From Austwickia sp. (lineage in GTDB: Bacteria; Actinomycetota; Actinomycetes; Actinomycetales; Dermatophilaceae): a DNA stretch of 64,000 bases. Location: assembly GCA_016699675.1 (NCBI GenBank), contig CP064985.1, forward strand, positions 748,551 to 812,550, read 5' to 3'. The translations under genes were made by a program, and so were the position numbers. The stretch's first letter is position 1. Each line of letters begins with the position of its first letter. Under the pieces are notes generated by a model that had not been told where the DNA came from, did no database searches, and was given only the letters and a program-made list of their open reading frames with translations. Of the stretch, positions 28,501 through 39,770 are shown one piece after another.

Positions 28501-30814
28501 GTGGAATCGGGGCTGCTGAGGACGATCGCCGACCGGGTGTTGTGGCTCTCGACGGCCATCGTCGACGGCGCGAACCGCGGCGGCAAGCCGCCGTCGGGCG
28601 TCAAGACCGGTGGGCACCAGGCGAGTTCGGCCTCGATGGTCGACATCATGGTGGCGCTGTGGTTCACCGAGCTGCGGCGCGAGGACCGGGTGGCCGTCAA
28701 GCCGCACGCCTCCCCCGTCCTGCACGCGATCAACTACCTGCTCGGCGGCCTCGACCGGGAGGCCCTCGGCGGCTTCTGCGCGCTAGGCGGCTTGCAGAGC
28801 TACCCGAGCCGGCGCAAGGACCCCGACCGCGTCGACTTCTCCACCGGTTCGGTCGGCATCGGCGCCACGGCCCCGATCTGGGCCGCCCTCGCGCACCGCT
28901 ACCTCACCAGCCGGTTCGACGACACGCCCCCCGCGGGACGGTTCATCAGCCTGCTTGGCAACGCGGAACTCGACGAGGGTGCCGTCTGGGAGGCCATCTG
29001 CGACCCGCAGACCGCCCAGCTCGGCGAGCTGCTCTGGATCGTCGACCTCAACCGCCAGTCGCTCGACCGAGTCGTGCCCGACGTCCAGATCCAGCGGCTG
29101 GAGCGGATGTTCGCCGCCGCCGGCTGGCAGGTGCTCACGACGACCTGGGGGCGGGAGCTGCAGCGCCGGTTCGCCGCGCCGGGCGGCGATGCCCTGCGCG
29201 AGCGGCTGACGGCAATGTCCAACGAGGAGTACCAGCGGCTCCTGCGCACCGACGACCCGCACGAGCTGGTGCGCCGTCTCCTGCGCGAGGACCCCACCCC
29301 CGGGCTGCGCGAGGCCGTCGACGCCGTCCCCGCGCAGGACTGGCCGCGGCTCCTGCGCGACCTCGGCGGGCACGACTTCGACGTGCTGCGCGAGGCGTTC
29401 GCGGCCGTCGACGACGCCCGACCCACCGTGATCTTCGCCTACACGATCAAGGGCCGCGGCCTGCCCACCGAGGGCCACCCCAACAACCACTCGGCCCTGC
29501 TCACCCCCGCGCAGGTCGACCTGCTCGCGGACCGACTCGGGATGGACGTCGACGACCCCTGGGTGCCGTTCCCGGCCGATTCCCCGCAGGCGCAGGCCTG
29601 CCAGGAGGTCGCGCGAGCGCTGGAGCGCCCGGATGGCCACGCCCAGCCGCCCGTACCGATCCCGCCGACGATGCCGCACGGGTACGCCGAGCGCACCTCC
29701 ACCCAGGCCGTCCTCGGCCGCTTCCTGCGCGACCTGGCCCACGACTGCCCGGAGGCGGCCAGCCGGGTCGTCACCTGCTCCCCCGATGTCGCCTCCTCGA
29801 CCAACCTCGGCGGCTGGATCAACCGCACCGGGGTATGGAGCTCGGTCGCGCGGCACGACTGGTTCGAGGACGACCGGCAGCGGCTGCTGCGCTGGGCGGA
29901 GGGCACCAACGGCCAGCACATCGAGCTGGGCATCGCCGAGGTCAACCTCGTCTCGCTGCTGGGCGAGCTCGGCGCCACCTGGTCCCGGTGGGGCCAGCGG
30001 CTCATCCCGATCGGCACGATCTACGACCCGTTCGTGGAGCGCGCGCTGGAGCCGTGGCGGTTCGGCATGTACGCCGGCGGCCAGTCCATCCTCATCGCCA
30101 CCCCTTCGGGCGTCACCCTGGCCCCCGAGGGCGGCGCGCACCAGTCGATCATCACCCCCTCGATCGGCATCGGCCTGCCGGAATGCGTCGCCTGGGAGCC
30201 GGCCTTCGCCAAGGACCTGGATTGGACGCTGCTGGCGGCGATGGCGCGGGTGGGCGTGCCGGGCGGCACGTCGGCGTACTTCCGCCTCTCCACCCGCTCG
30301 ATCGACCAGCAGCTGTGCCGCCTGCCCACCGACGCGACGCTGGTCGAGCGCCGGCGCCGGCACGCCGTCGAGGGCGGCTACCGCCTGACCGGCTCCCCCG
30401 GCCAGGACGAGGTCACCCTGGTCGGGATGGGCGCGGTCCTCCCGCAGGTGGTCGCGGCGGCCAAAGCTCACGACGTACGGCGTCGCCGCCGGCGTCATCT
30501 GCCTGACCAGCGCCGATCTGCTGCACCGGGATTGGCGCGGGGAGCCGAGCCCGCTGACCGGTACGCCGAGCGGGGTCGCCGACCGCCTGTTCCCCCGCGC
30601 CGCCGATCGACGCGGCGGGTGCCCGATCGTCAGCGTGGTCGACGGGCACCCGCACGCGCTGTCGTTCCTCGGCGCCATCCAGGGCGTGCCCTCGCGGAGC
30701 CTCGGCGTCACCACCTGGGGGCAGTCATCCGCCCTGGATGACGCCTACGCGCTGCACGGCATCGACGAATCAAGCATCGTCAACGCCGCCCTCGACCTGG
30801 CCGGCGGCCGCTGA
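28501..30814 (+). pseudogene. aceE: pyruvate dehydrogenase E1 component (AceE-like): lacks about 80-100 N-terminal residues and has a +1 frameshift near 30475
   Basis: Core aligns with AceE from the ThDP-binding region onward. The last 113 codons (...YGVAAGVICLTSADLLHRDW...LGVTTWGQSSALDDAYALHGIDESSIVNAALDLAGGR) lie in the +1 frame. An extra G sits in GACGTACGG. Confidence 0.65.
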
Positions 30815-32938
30815 GGCGCGGATCTCGGCCTTGATGGCCCGCACGGCCGCCGCCTGGTCGGGGTCGGCCTCGGCGAGCTGCGCCGGGGCCGCCTGGAGGC
30901 GATCCGTCGCCAAGAGCGTCATCAGCAGGTTGAACGCGTTGGCGCCCCCGCCCGACGTACCGCCGTTGGTCCCGGTCCCGTCGGCACCGCCGGTCGCGTG
31001 CGAACCGCCCATGTCGACGTACGTCGTGGGCACGATCGGGATCTTGGCGTGCTCGATCGCCGAGGCCAGCCGGCCGAGCACGGCTGGAGCTGCGGGCCGC
31101 CGTACGCGCGGACCTGCTCCTCGATGGCGATGGCCTTGCCGATGCCGACCCGGGCCTCCCGGTCGGCGTCCGCCTCGGCGGTGAGCCGGATCCTGGTCGC
31201 CTCGGAGTCGGCGAGCAGCTTGACCCGGTGCGCCTCACCCTCGGCAAGCAGCTTGACCTTCGTGGACTCACCGTCGGCCAGCCGCTTCGTGCGCTCCGCC
31301 TCCGCGCCGGCCAGGGTCTTGACGCGCTCGGCGTCCTGGTGCGCCTTCTGCAGCTCGGCGCGACCGCTGTTCTCGGAGATCTTGATGTTGATCTCCGACT
31401 GGGTCAGCGAGGTCTGCTGCTCGGCGATCGCCATCGCTTGCTTGAGTTCGCGCTCCTTGTCGGCCGCGATCTTCTGCCGCTCGAACGTTTCCAGCTTCTC
31501 GAACGCCACCTGCCGGTCGCGCAGCTGGGTGAGGATCGTCTCGATCCGGTCGTCGCCGGTGGCCGACCGCGGGTGCCGATCAGCACCTCCTCCAGCTCGA
31601 TGTTGTAGTGGTCGAAGCGCTCCTTCATATCGATGCTCGCGCGCTCCTGGATGTCGGAGCGCTCCTGGATGAGCTGGATCAGGGTCTTGGTCTGGCCGAT
31701 GTTCTTGAAGTACGCCGACACCATGGGGTCCAGGGTCTGGTTGACCAGCATCTTGATGTCCCCGAACCGCTGGATCACCAGCGGCGTCTGCCGGTAGTCG
31801 ATGTGGATGACGCAGCTCAGCGGCAGCCGCGGCTCGAAGGCGTCCTTGGTGATCAGCTCGATCTCGGACAGGCTCTCGTCGTAGCCGTGCCGGCCCGACT
31901 CGGACTGGATCCACTTGAGGATGATGTTGGTGGTGGGCACCAGCGACACCGAACCCGCGTAGGTGTTGAACGCGTACTTGCCCGGCATCAGCGGCTCGGC
32001 CCACACGCCCCGGTGTCCGGCCGCGACCAGCTCGCCGTGCCGGTAGTCCTGCCCGGACAGGTCCTCGCCGACGCGACCGTGATAGCTGACCACCACTCCC
32101 ACGAACCCCACCGGCACCGTGACCTTGGGGATGAACTCGATGGTGGCGAAGAGGCGGTTGATGAAGTACGTGCCCTCGGTGAGCACCTGGTATTGCCGGC
32201 CCCGATAGCCGCCCGCCCGCAGGAACGCCTCGGGGTCCTGGAAGTTGTTGTGATAGTCCGGGTCGTCGGCCTTGTCGCCGACCGCCGGGGCGATGATGTC
32301 GCCCGTGGGCAGGCTCGGGCCGTCGTTGACGGTGACGATGCCCGTGGAGTCGTCGGCGCCCTTGATGACGACCGGCCGGAACCCGTCGAGCGAGCCGAGG
32401 TGCTGCGCCATCGAGACGATGGTCTCCTGCTCGGCCTTGCTGCCCATCGGCAGGTAGTAGACCTGACCGGCCGTCATCACGACGAACTGGGCCAGGTTGA
32501 ACGCGTACGTGCCTTCCCGCAGGATCTGGCGCTGCGGGCCGCGTTGGCCACCGCCGGCGATGAACGCCCCGACGTCCTCGAAGGTGTTGGCCGGCACGAC
32601 CCGACCGAGGGTCTGCCCGGCGGGCAGCGGCGCACCGTCCCGGGGGAAGACGTAGCCGATCTTGCCCTGGCGATGGTGACCAGGGGCATGACGTGCACCT
32701 TGTACATCAGCGGGGTGCGCAGGTGCAGGCCGCCGCGCAGCACGTAGGGCTGGTAGCCGGCCTCCCCACCCAGCGAGATGATCGAATCCTTGAGGGAGCC
32801 CTTCGGGCTCCACCACTTCTCGACGACTCCCACCTTGTCGCTGGGGATGCGCCGGACTCCCGCGACCCAGGTCAGCAGGAGCAGCGCCGCGATGACGACC
32901 GCGGCGACGATGACGGCACTGAGCAGACCGCCCACCAT
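30770..32938 (-). pseudogene. flotillin / SPFH-domain protein (YqiK-like) broken by three 1-bp frameshifts
   Basis: N-terminal TM segment (MVGGLLSAVIVAAVVIAALLLL), SPFH core (KIGYVFPRDG...), coiled-coil region (...KAIAIEEQVRAYGGPQLQ) and C-terminus (AVLGRLASAIEHAKIPIVPTTYVDMGG...) lie in different frames. The junctions are near 32665, 31570 and 31068. Confidence 0.65.
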
Positions 32939-33148
32939 ATTCACGTCCTCGAAGAATGACGAGGGCGCCAACGCGGTCACCGCGCCATTGCACGCCCGTC
33001 GAGACGCCTTCACCGTACGCCGGGTGGGGGCGGGTTCGATACCGTCTGAAGACCAAATCGGCGGCGATTGAGCCGGGACCGCCCGGTTCTAGCCGAGTTG
33101 CCCTTGTCTGGGGCCTGAACTGGCGGTACATCCCGGCCTGGCGGGTGA

Positions 33149-34162
33149 TCAGCCCCCGAGAAGGCGTCTCGGGAGCCGGACAGAGTGTCGGATGTCGTCG
33201 GCAATCCGGGCATACCGGGCCGGGTCCGCGGGGCCCTGATCCGACGTCGACGCCATGACGTGCGCCGCCAGGGCGTGGCCGGCCCGAGCGCTGGCCTCGA
33301 TGGGGGCGCCGAGCCGCCGGCCGGCGAGGTAACCCGCGGCGAACGCGTCACCCGCGCCCACCGGCTCGACGACCGTGGCGGGCGGCGGCGCAACCTGGAT
33401 GGCCGGGTCAGACCCTCGGAACACGGTCACCGGGCGGCTCGCGTCCTTGACGACGAGTTCGGCGACGTCGGGCAGCAGCCGCCGCACGTCGGACACGTCC
33501 GCGCAGCCCCACACGGCGTGCGCCTCGTCGAGGCCCACGAAGACGAGGTCGGCCAGCACGGCGAGATCGGCCAGCGCGGGACCGGCGTCGCGGGGGTGCC
33601 ACAGGGCGCTGCGGTAGTTGACGTCGAAGCTCACGCCGGCGGTCCCGGCGGCCTGCCGCAGCAGCGTTCGGCACGCCCGGCGGCTGGCCAGGTTCAACGC
33701 GGCCGTGACCCCGCTGAGGTGCACGTGCTCGACGCCGGGGGTGAGCACCTCGGACGGCGCTGCCGGGAACGTGGCCGCCGCGGACCCGGCGCGATGGTAG
33801 GTCACCGCCGGTCCCTGCCCGGTCTGCTCCTTGAAGTAGAACCCGGTGGGCCACCCGCCGCGCACCCGGGCGCCCGTCGTGTCGACCCCCTCGGCCGCCG
33901 CGGCCGCGACGACCCGCCGGCCGAACGCGTCGTCGCCGACGACGCCCACGAAGCGCGTCGGTTGCCCTAGCCGGGCCAGGTGAATGGCGACGTTCAGCTC
34001 GGCGCCGGCGACGCCCACGTCCAGCCGGTCCGCGTCCTGCAGCGTCCGACCCGGGGGCGGGGCCAGCACGACCAGCGCCTCCCCGACGCAGGCCACGCTC
34101 CCGGCTACAGCCCAGGTCCCAGTGCCGGTCTCCGTTCGGGTCTCAGCCCCGGTCTGGGTCAT
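33149..34162 (-). CDS. PfkB-family sugar kinase (2-dehydro-3-deoxygluconokinase KdgK-like)
   Basis: Ribokinase-fold motifs (GAGDAFAAGYLAG). Start at MTQTGAE. Overlaps the GH88 stop by 4 bp. Confidence 0.75.
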   Translation of the reverse strand: MTQTGAETRTETGTGTWAVAGSVACVGEALVVLAPPPGRTLQDADRLDVGVAGAELNVAIHLARLGQPTRFVGVVGDDAFGRRVVAAAAAEGVDTTGARVRGGWPTGFYFKEQTGQGPAVTYHRAGSAAATFPAAPSEVLTPGVEHVHLSGVTAALNLASRRACRTLLRQAAGTAGVSFDVNYRSALWHPRDAGPALADLAVLADLVFVGLDEAHAVWGCADVSDVRRLLPDVAELVVKDASRPVTVFRGSDPAIQVAPPPATVVEPVGAGDAFAAGYLAGRRLGAPIEASARAGHALAAHVMASTSDQGPADPARYARIADDIRHSVRLPRRLLGG

Positions 34163-35256
34163 GGCCCGGCCCGCTCGATCGCCGCCGCCAGGGCGGTCAG
34201 CAGCAGTCCCTGGCCCCAGGGTTGCGGGCGGTCGTCGCGGATCACCGAGTAGCCGAACGGCACGAGCTGCAGCACGGTCCCGGCGCTTACTCGAGTGAGC
34301 AGGCCCGCGTCGACGTACGCCAACACCCCCCGCACCGCCCGCCAGCCCGGCTCGGCCAGGGCGGGCTCGGCCAGCAGGTCGGCGCCGCGCAGGAACGCGG
34401 CCACCAGCCCCGCGGCGGCGGACGTCTCGAGGACCCCCCGGTTCTCCTCCTGGCCGTCCACGAGGACGTCCCACACGCCGTGCTCGGGCTGGTGGGCGGC
34501 CAACGCCGCCAGTTGGCGCCGCAACCCGTCGGCGACCGCGCCCACGTCCAGGCCCAGCCCGGGATGCGCCGCGGCCGCCTCCAGCACCTCCACGTGCGCG
34601 AGGGCGGCCCAGGCATTCGCGCGCCCCCAAAAACACGGGATCGTCTCCCCCCGGTGCGACCCGTGCGCGAACAACCCGTTTTCGGCCTGCAGGACCCGGG
34701 CGTGGCTGGTCACCTGGCGCACCCCTTCCGCGGCCAGGTCGGCGTCCTCGAGGTGGGCGCCGAGGCGGGCCACGAACACGCCGCACATATACATCGTGTC
34801 GGCCCACACGCCCCCCGGCCAATGCTCGATCGCGCCGGTCGCGTCGCGGGTCACGCCCGGCCCGCGGGTCCAGTCCACGAGGCGGCGCAGGGCCGGAAGG
34901 TACGCCGTACGCGCGGCCGCCGCATCCTCGACCAGCGCGACCGCGACCGTCCCCGGGGCGACCTCGTTGACGTGGTCCAGGGTGCGCGAGGGGTCGGCCC
35001 CCGGGCTGCCGAGCCGCTCGTCGTACCAGCGCAGCACCTCCCCCGGCACCGGCCGACCCGCGGCCCGCGCCGCCTGGACGAGCCCCAGCAGGCAGACCCC
35101 CTCCCCCCAGAACCAGCGCCGCAGGCCCAGGCCCCACGTGGCGGCCGCGACCTCGTCCGCTTGCGCCGTCAGCGCGGCGCGACTCAGCCGCTCGGCCGCC
35201 ACCGGCGGTCGCGGCGGGGCCGCGAGTCGGGCGTTGTCGGTATCGGCGGAGGCCAT
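34159..35256 (-). CDS. glycoside hydrolase family 88/105 (unsaturated glucuronyl/rhamnogalacturonyl hydrolase)
   Basis: ...WADTMYMCGVFVARLG...WGRANAWAALA... signature. Start at MASADTD. Confidence 0.7.
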   Translation of the reverse strand: MASADTDNARLAAPPRPPVAAERLSRAALTAQADEVAAATWGLGLRRWFWGEGVCLLGLVQAARAAGRPVPGEVLRWYDERLGSPGADPSRTLDHVNEVAPGTVAVALVEDAAAARTAYLPALRRLVDWTRGPGVTRDATGAIEHWPGGVWADTMYMCGVFVARLGAHLEDADLAAEGVRQVTSHARVLQAENGLFAHGSHRGETIPCFWGRANAWAALAHVEVLEAAAAHPGLGLDVGAVADGLRRQLAALAAHQPEHGVWDVLVDGQEENRGVLETSAAAGLVAAFLRGADLLAEPALAEPGWRAVRGVLAYVDAGLLTRVSAGTVLQLVPFGYSVIRDDRPQPWGQGLLLTALAAAIERAGP

Positions 35257-37937
35257 CAGCCGTCCCCTGCGCCTGCGCTGTCGTCGGATGGGCCGGCGGT
35301 CGGCGCGGGGACCGTGCTCGCCGGTTCCAGCCGCCGGCCGGCCCGCGGGTCGAGGCGCAGCCGGTGCCCCGCCCATTCGACGGTGAGGTCGGCGCGGCCG
35401 TCTGCCGCCCGGCAGGCGGGGTTGGCCAGGTGCGGGGCACGGCGTACGGTCCCGGCGTCGCCCGCCGACGCCTCCGCCACGTCCGCCGGCTCCCCCGCCA
35501 CGAGCAGGGGTCCGGTCCAGCGCAGCTCCAGCGCCGGCGACCCGCCGATCTCGCCGACCGCAGCCACGGCGACCCCCGGCGACCCGCGGTGGAACGTCAG
35601 GGCTGGCATCGTCGCGATCAGGGCGTCGAGGTCGGGGCGGCCGGCGGTGTCGCGGGTGTCGCGATGGAGCGCCACGATCGCCGCGCCGTCCCCGCGGGGC
35701 AGCCACCGCTGCCACGCCTCGTCGCCGCCGCGCTGCGGCTCCCAGCCGCCGGCGCAGGCGACGGCGACGTACCCCTCGCCGCGCCGCCCGACCAGCCATC
35801 CGTCGTGCTGGACCCACTCGTCGAACCGCGCCGCCGGGAACCACACAGGTGGGTCCCCGCGGTTGCCCCCGCTGCGCCCCCGACCAGCGGGTGCAGCGCG
35901 ATCACCGTCCGGTCGTGCTGGCGAACTCGCGGCAGCACGCGGTGCCCGACCCAGGCGTTCGGCCGGGTCGAGCTGTTGTGCCCCGAGGCGGCCGGATTCG
36001 TCGCCCACACCTGGACCTGCCCGGGCAGGGTCACCCCCCACACGTGTTCCTGGAGCCCGGCAGGCCGGGGCGGTAGTCCTGCACGGACGACACCATGCCC
36101 CCGGGCCCGCGGCGCAGCAGCACGCGCGAGGCGTACGGTCGAGCGAGCAGGTCCCGCTCCACCGCGTAGCTGCCCCGGTAGGTCTGCTCCCCGGCCCAGT
36201 CCACGTCGCCCGCGCCGCCGATGGCGCGGATGACCTCGGGCAGGCGGTACGTCGTGGTCGTCGCCAACGCCGTCGCCGGGAGCACCGCGTCGTTGAGGGC
36301 GCCGACGCCCCAGCACAGCCACATCAGTGGGGCGGTCTCCTCCAGGCAGGAGGCCCGCAGGGTGGGGGTGTAGGACCGGCCGTGGGCGCTGCCGTGCACC
36401 CCGCGCCAGGAGTTCGTCGCCAGGGCCAGCAGGATCTTGTCGAGCAGCGCCTCTGCGGCCGCCCGCAGGTCCGCGTCCGCCGCGTGGTCGACCAGCGCCA
36501 CGAGGGCCAGGACGTCGATGGCGAGGTAGGCGTTGGAGTCGAACTCGCTGAAACCGTCGGTCAGCTTGCGGGCGATCCAGGCCCGGGCCATGCTCCGGCC
36601 GTGCTCGGCGTGCCGGCCTCCGCGCCAGCCGGTGTTGCCGAAGTCGGCGTCCGGGAGCGCCTCCCCGGCGAGGGTCTCCGGCGTGTGCCAGGCGAGTTGA
36701 TGGTTCTCCGTGAAGTAGCACCTGGCGTCGAGGCCGGGCTGGTCGATCCAGTACTTCATCCCCACCAGCGCATCCCGCACGGCCGTTCGAGCGGCCGGCT
36801 CCCAGCACTGCTCCGGCACGCGGTGCCACAGCAGCAGCAGCCCGACCGCCTCGAAGTCGGGGCAGTCGCGCCGCTCGAGCAGGAAGTCCAGCGCCTGCCG
36901 CACCTGGGCGAGGGTCACGACGGTGTCGGGCTCCCCGACCGCGCGGGCCCCGCCGGCCCCGCCGGCGAGGGCCTGCCGGGCCAGGCAGGCCGCCGAGCCG
37001 GTGTACGTCGCCACGTGCCCCAGCACCTCGCGGCGCCACTGCGGCGCCTCGCCGGTGGCCGCCTCACGGGTGGGGTGCGTCAGGTGGCCCACCACGAGCT
37101 CGCGCCGCGCCGGGCAGGCGTCGTCGTCGACGGCCACGGTCAGCGTCGCCTCGCCGCTGGCCAGCATCGACACGTCTTCATCGTCCGCGTCAGCAGCAGA
37201 GTCGGCCTCGCCGTGGACATCGCGGTGGGCATTGGCGTCGGCGAGCGGGACCAGGACCGAGCCGTCCGCGCCGATCGCGACGGGTCGCGGCGGGCCGTCG
37301 TCGACGGCGACCCGCAGCCGCAGCCCCGCCGGCCCGTGCAGCCTGCCGCGGCCCTCGTCGCACTCCCAGCGGCGCACCTCGACCGCGTCGAGCAGCTGCT
37401 GGGCGGCCAGGTCGGCGACCTCGTCGGCGCCGTCGGCGGGCAGCACGACGCGGACCGGCAGGCCGAGGACGCGCAGCCCCAGCACCTGGCGCACCTCGCG
37501 CAGCGCCACGTTCCAGGACCAGAGCACCACCTCGGTGGTGCCCGATTGCAGCAGCACCTCGACCTCGCGGGTCCACGGCTGCATGTAGCCGAACTCGGCG
37601 TGGTCCAGCAGCAGCTCGCCCCCGACGTACAGCCGGGCCGGCCCGGTGCACCGCACCTGGAGGCGACGAACCTCGGGCTGGTCCACCTCGAGGACGCAGC
37701 CGGCGAGGAACTCCCGGTAGGTCGGGACGTAGCAGAACACGCTCTCGTCGACGAGCCCGTCCCAGGGCAGATGGCGCCGCCGCCACCGCCCGGTCCGTGG
37801 GCCCGCGCCGCGGTCGGGGAACGCCGCCGGCCAGGCGATCGAGCCGCCCTCGGCGATTTCGGGGAGCGCGGCGAGCGCGCCCGGGTCGCCTCCAGCAAGG
37901 GCCTCGGGGCCGCCGCCCAGCGCGGCGTACAGCGCCA
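35256..37937 (-). pseudogene. heparinase II/III-like polysaccharide lyase; the C-terminal beta-sandwich part is in a different frame (apparent frameshift near 36040). The N-terminal start is uncertain
   Basis: Alginate-lyase-like alpha/alpha region (...CYFTENHQLAWHTPETL...SNAYLAIDVLAL...) in ORF 36031-38262, and a heparinase C-terminal-like segment (...VWFPAARFDEWVQHDGWLVGRRGEGYVAVAC...) in ORF 35256-36041. Confidence 0.5.
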
Positions 37938-38625
37938 CCTCAGCGACATCGCGCGGGTCACCGCGCTGCCCGTCTCGACCACGCACCGGATCCTGCAGGA
38001 GCTGGTCGCGCTGGGATGGGCGCGGGAGGCCGGCGGGCGGTACTCCCTCGGGGCGCGGGTGCTCGCGCTGTCGTCCCGCTCCACCGGCGGCGCCGAGCTG
38101 GCCCGGCTGGCGCGGCCGGCGCTGCGCGATCTCGCCGCCCAGACCGGCCGAACCGTGCACTTCGCGATGACCGACGGCGACCAGCTCGTCTACCTGGACA
38201 AGATCGAGGGCCGCGGCTCCTACGCCATGAAGTCGCGGGTGGGGATGGCGATCCCGATGCACTGCACCTCGATCGGGAAGGCGGTGCTGGCCGCCATGTC
38301 CGACACGGACGTGCGGGCGCTCGCCGCCCGCACCGGCCTGCCCGCGGCCACGCCCCGCACGTTCACGGACACCGGCGAGCTCCTACGCCACCTGCAGAAG
38401 GTGCGGGCGCGCCGGTACGCGGTGGACGACGAGGAGAACGAACCGCACACCCGGTGCGTCGGCGCGGCCGTCCTCGATCACCGCGGCGAACCCGTCGCGG
38501 GCGTCAGCGTCTCCTCGCTCGCGTTCGACCTCAGCGGGGCGGACGCGGCGGACATCGCGCCGCTCGTCGTCGCCTGCGCGGACCGGATCTCGGCCAGCTT
38601 CACCGCCACCGGGGAACCGGCATGA
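37771..38625 (+). CDS. IclR-family transcriptional regulator (KdgR-like). The start codon is uncertain
   Basis: HTH (LSDIARVTALPVSTTHRILQEL) plus IclR effector domain (...MAIPMHCTSIGKAVLA...). No ATG, GTG or TTG lies in frame between 37774 and the HTH. Its stop overlaps the eda start (ATGA). Confidence 0.6.
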   Translation: MAPPPPPGPWARAAVGERRRPGDRAALGDFGERGERARVASSKGLGAAAQRGVQRHLSDIARVTALPVSTTHRILQELVALGWAREAGGRYSLGARVLALSSRSTGGAELARLARPALRDLAAQTGRTVHFAMTDGDQLVYLDKIEGRGSYAMKSRVGMAIPMHCTSIGKAVLAAMSDTDVRALAARTGLPAATPRTFTDTGELLRHLQKVRARRYAVDDEENEPHTRCVGAAVLDHRGEPVAGVSVSSLAFDLSGADAADIAPLVVACADRISASFTATGEPA

Positions 38626-39350
38626 CGGCCGGGGCCACCGGGACCGCTGGGTCCTCTTCTGGGTCCGCTCCCGAGGGCGCTTCTGGCGTTGGCCAGGGTC
38701 GAACCGAGTCGCTGGACCCGCTGGCGCTGGCGCCCGTGCTGCCGGTCGTGGAGATCGACGACGCGGCACACGCCGTACCGCTCGCGCGGGCCCTGCTCGC
38801 CGGCGGGCTGCCGGTGCTGGAGGTGACCCTTCGTACGCCGGCGGCGCCGGCCGCCATCGCCGCGATCGCGGCCGAGGTGCCCGTGGTCGTCGTCGGCGCC
38901 GGCACGCTGCGCCGCCCGGCGGACGTGGACATCGCCCTGGCCGCGGGGGCGCGCTTCCTGGTCTCCCCCGGCACCCCGGGCCGACTGCGGGAGGCGTTCG
39001 CGGCCGTGCGATCCGCGCCGGGGGCGTCGGGCGTCCCCTGCCTGCCGGGCGCCTCGACCGTGACCGAGGTCCTGGAGCTCCTGGACGCCGGGTTCACCGC
39101 GGTCAAGGTGTTTCCCGCGGCGGCGCTCGGCGGGGTGGCCTTCCTGCGCTCCCTGGTCGGCCCCGTCGCGGACGTGCGCGTCTGCCCCACGGGCGGGATC
39201 ACCGCGACCAGCGCGCCGGAGTACCTGACACTCCCCCAGGTCCCCTGCGTCGGCGGCACCTGGGTGGCCCGCCGGGCTGACATCGCGCGGTCCGACTGGG
39301 CCGCCATCACGACGGCAGCCCGGGCCGCAGCCGCCCTGAGCAAGCCGTAG
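38622..39350 (+). CDS. eda: 2-dehydro-3-deoxyphosphogluconate (KDPG) aldolase, Eda family
   Basis: ...LPVLEVTLRTP...VVGAGTL...FLVSPG...VKVFPA...CPTGGI. Confidence 0.75.
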   Translation: MTAGATGTAGSSSGSAPEGASGVGQGRTESLDPLALAPVLPVVEIDDAAHAVPLARALLAGGLPVLEVTLRTPAAPAAIAAIAAEVPVVVVGAGTLRRPADVDIALAAGARFLVSPGTPGRLREAFAAVRSAPGASGVPCLPGASTVTEVLELLDAGFTAVKVFPAAALGGVAFLRSLVGPVADVRVCPTGGITATSAPEYLTLPQVPCVGGTWVARRADIARSDWAAITTAARAAAALSKP

Positions 39351-39524
39351 CGAAGCGCCGGGCCCAGGCGCTTTCCCACCCGGGCAGCGACGAGCGACAA
39401 ACCGCCTCGCGCGCACTCCGTGCAGGGCAGATCCGAGCGGCCCGCCCGCAATGACCGCTCACGACCTGCCCGTTTGGTGCCATGGCACCCTTTCCGCAGG
39501 TCACGAACGGTCGTGGTTCGACTC

Positions 39525-39650
39525 ACTCAGGTTGGCGGGTGGCGGGTGGCGGGTCACGGCGCGGGGTGGCACAGACGGTGGCCGTTAGCGCTCACGGTGG
39601 CGGGTGGCGCTCCGGTGGCGGGTGGCGCTCACGGTAGCGACGACAACCGC
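39525..39650. repeat. cluster of GGTGGCG(GGTGGCG) heptamer repeats, including two copies of GCGCTCACGGT(G/A)GCG
   Basis: Direct reading of the sequence. Lies upstream of the XRE regulator gene. Confidence 0.6.
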
Positions 39651-39770
39651 GACCGTGAGTGCTAGGCGCATCCGTCAACGACGGGGGCGCAGCACGCGTC
39701 CGGGGTGCTGGACCCGCCAGGACGTGCCGACCGCACCGTCGGCCGACGGCGCACGACGTACCCTCGGGGT

